A stretch of 64,000 nucleotides of DNA, from positions 2,693-66,692 of the forward strand of contig CAWEVI010000007.1 in assembly GCA_963812475.1 (NCBI GenBank), given 5' to 3'. The notes beneath the pieces are model-generated. The model searched no databases. It saw only the letters and a list, made by a program, of their open reading frames with translations, and was not told where the DNA came from. How positions within the stretch are numbered: the stretch's first letter is position 1; each line of letters begins with the position of its first letter. The DNA is from an uncultured Alphaproteobacteria bacterium (GTDB taxonomy: Bacteria > Pseudomonadota > Alphaproteobacteria > Acetobacterales > Acetobacteraceae). This document shows, in pieces, positions 63,759-64,000 of this stretch. A program made the position numbers and the translations under genes.

Positions 63759-64000
63759 ATGAACTCAACCCCGTGGCGCAGCGAGCAGACAGTCCCCGAC
63801 AGCAGCAGTTCACCGTTGACGCGACGGTCGTTGCTTGCACTCGCGGCCCTTGGCGTCGCGGCCGGCGCAGGGTCGGCGGCGGTCGCCGCGCCGCAAGGGC
63901 AGCTGACCTACGGGGTGCACATTTCCCTGGCACCGGCGTGGTTCGACCCGGCAGAGACCACCGGCCTCATCACGCCGTTCTTGATACTGTATGCTCTGCA
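63759..64000 (+). CDS. 5-prime part of a family-5 ABC transporter substrate-binding protein gene (runs off the window)
   Basis: ATG 63759. It has a Tat-like signal (TRRSLLALAALGVAAGAGS), then QLTYGVHISLAPAWFDPAETTG. There is no stop before base 64000. Confidence 0.6.
   Translation, partial: MNSTPWRSEQTVPDSSSSPLTRRSLLALAALGVAAGAGSAAVAAPQGQLTYGVHISLAPAWFDPAETTGLITPFLILYAL

Overview
High-GC alphaproteobacterial chromosomal DNA. Gene content and the REP style suggest Hyphomicrobiales or Bradyrhizobiaceae, but I cannot verify that here. I support about 60 protein-coding genes. Housekeeping anchors are maeB, mutS, glnD, nhaA, two tandem csp genes and a PfkB adenosine kinase. I recognised no rRNA, tRNA, CRISPR array, transposase or integrase. 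Because of the GC content, many long alternate-frame and antisense ORFs in the track are artefacts. Real genes were picked by family motifs, start/stop coupling and Shine-Dalgarno context. All family calls come from motif recognition by eye, since no BLAST or HMM search was possible. Candidates for uncharacterised biology: (1) 19.2-26.0 kb holds a six-gene operon related to group-4 hydrogenases and complex I. Its catalytic subunit has lost all four [NiFe] cysteine ligands (Ehr-type), and no electron-input or maturation genes are nearby. (2) 3.1-6.7 kb holds a three-lipoprotein cassette of two LssY_C-like proteins plus a lipase-like alpha/beta hydrolase. It sits directly behind maeB and is bracketed by a decayed duplicate of the maeB 3-prime end, which looks like an insertion scar. 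(3) 56.0-60.1 kb is a lower-GC membrane-lipid cluster: Psd-like decarboxylase, membrane-anchored class-III aminotransferase/aminomutase-like protein, Mpo1/DUF962-like protein and Pmt-like methyltransferase. (4) 37.7-39.9 kb holds a divergent MetF-like reductase translationally coupled to a methyltransferase-fold protein. (5) 41.1-48.2 kb is a low-GC glycan-modification islet. (6) mutS carries a ~370-nt in-frame block of REP palindromes and tandem repeats. Smaller oddities are a kdgT stub, a 319-bp element with ~40-bp terminal inverted repeats, and a 1-nt frameshift at the start of an aldo/keto reductase.
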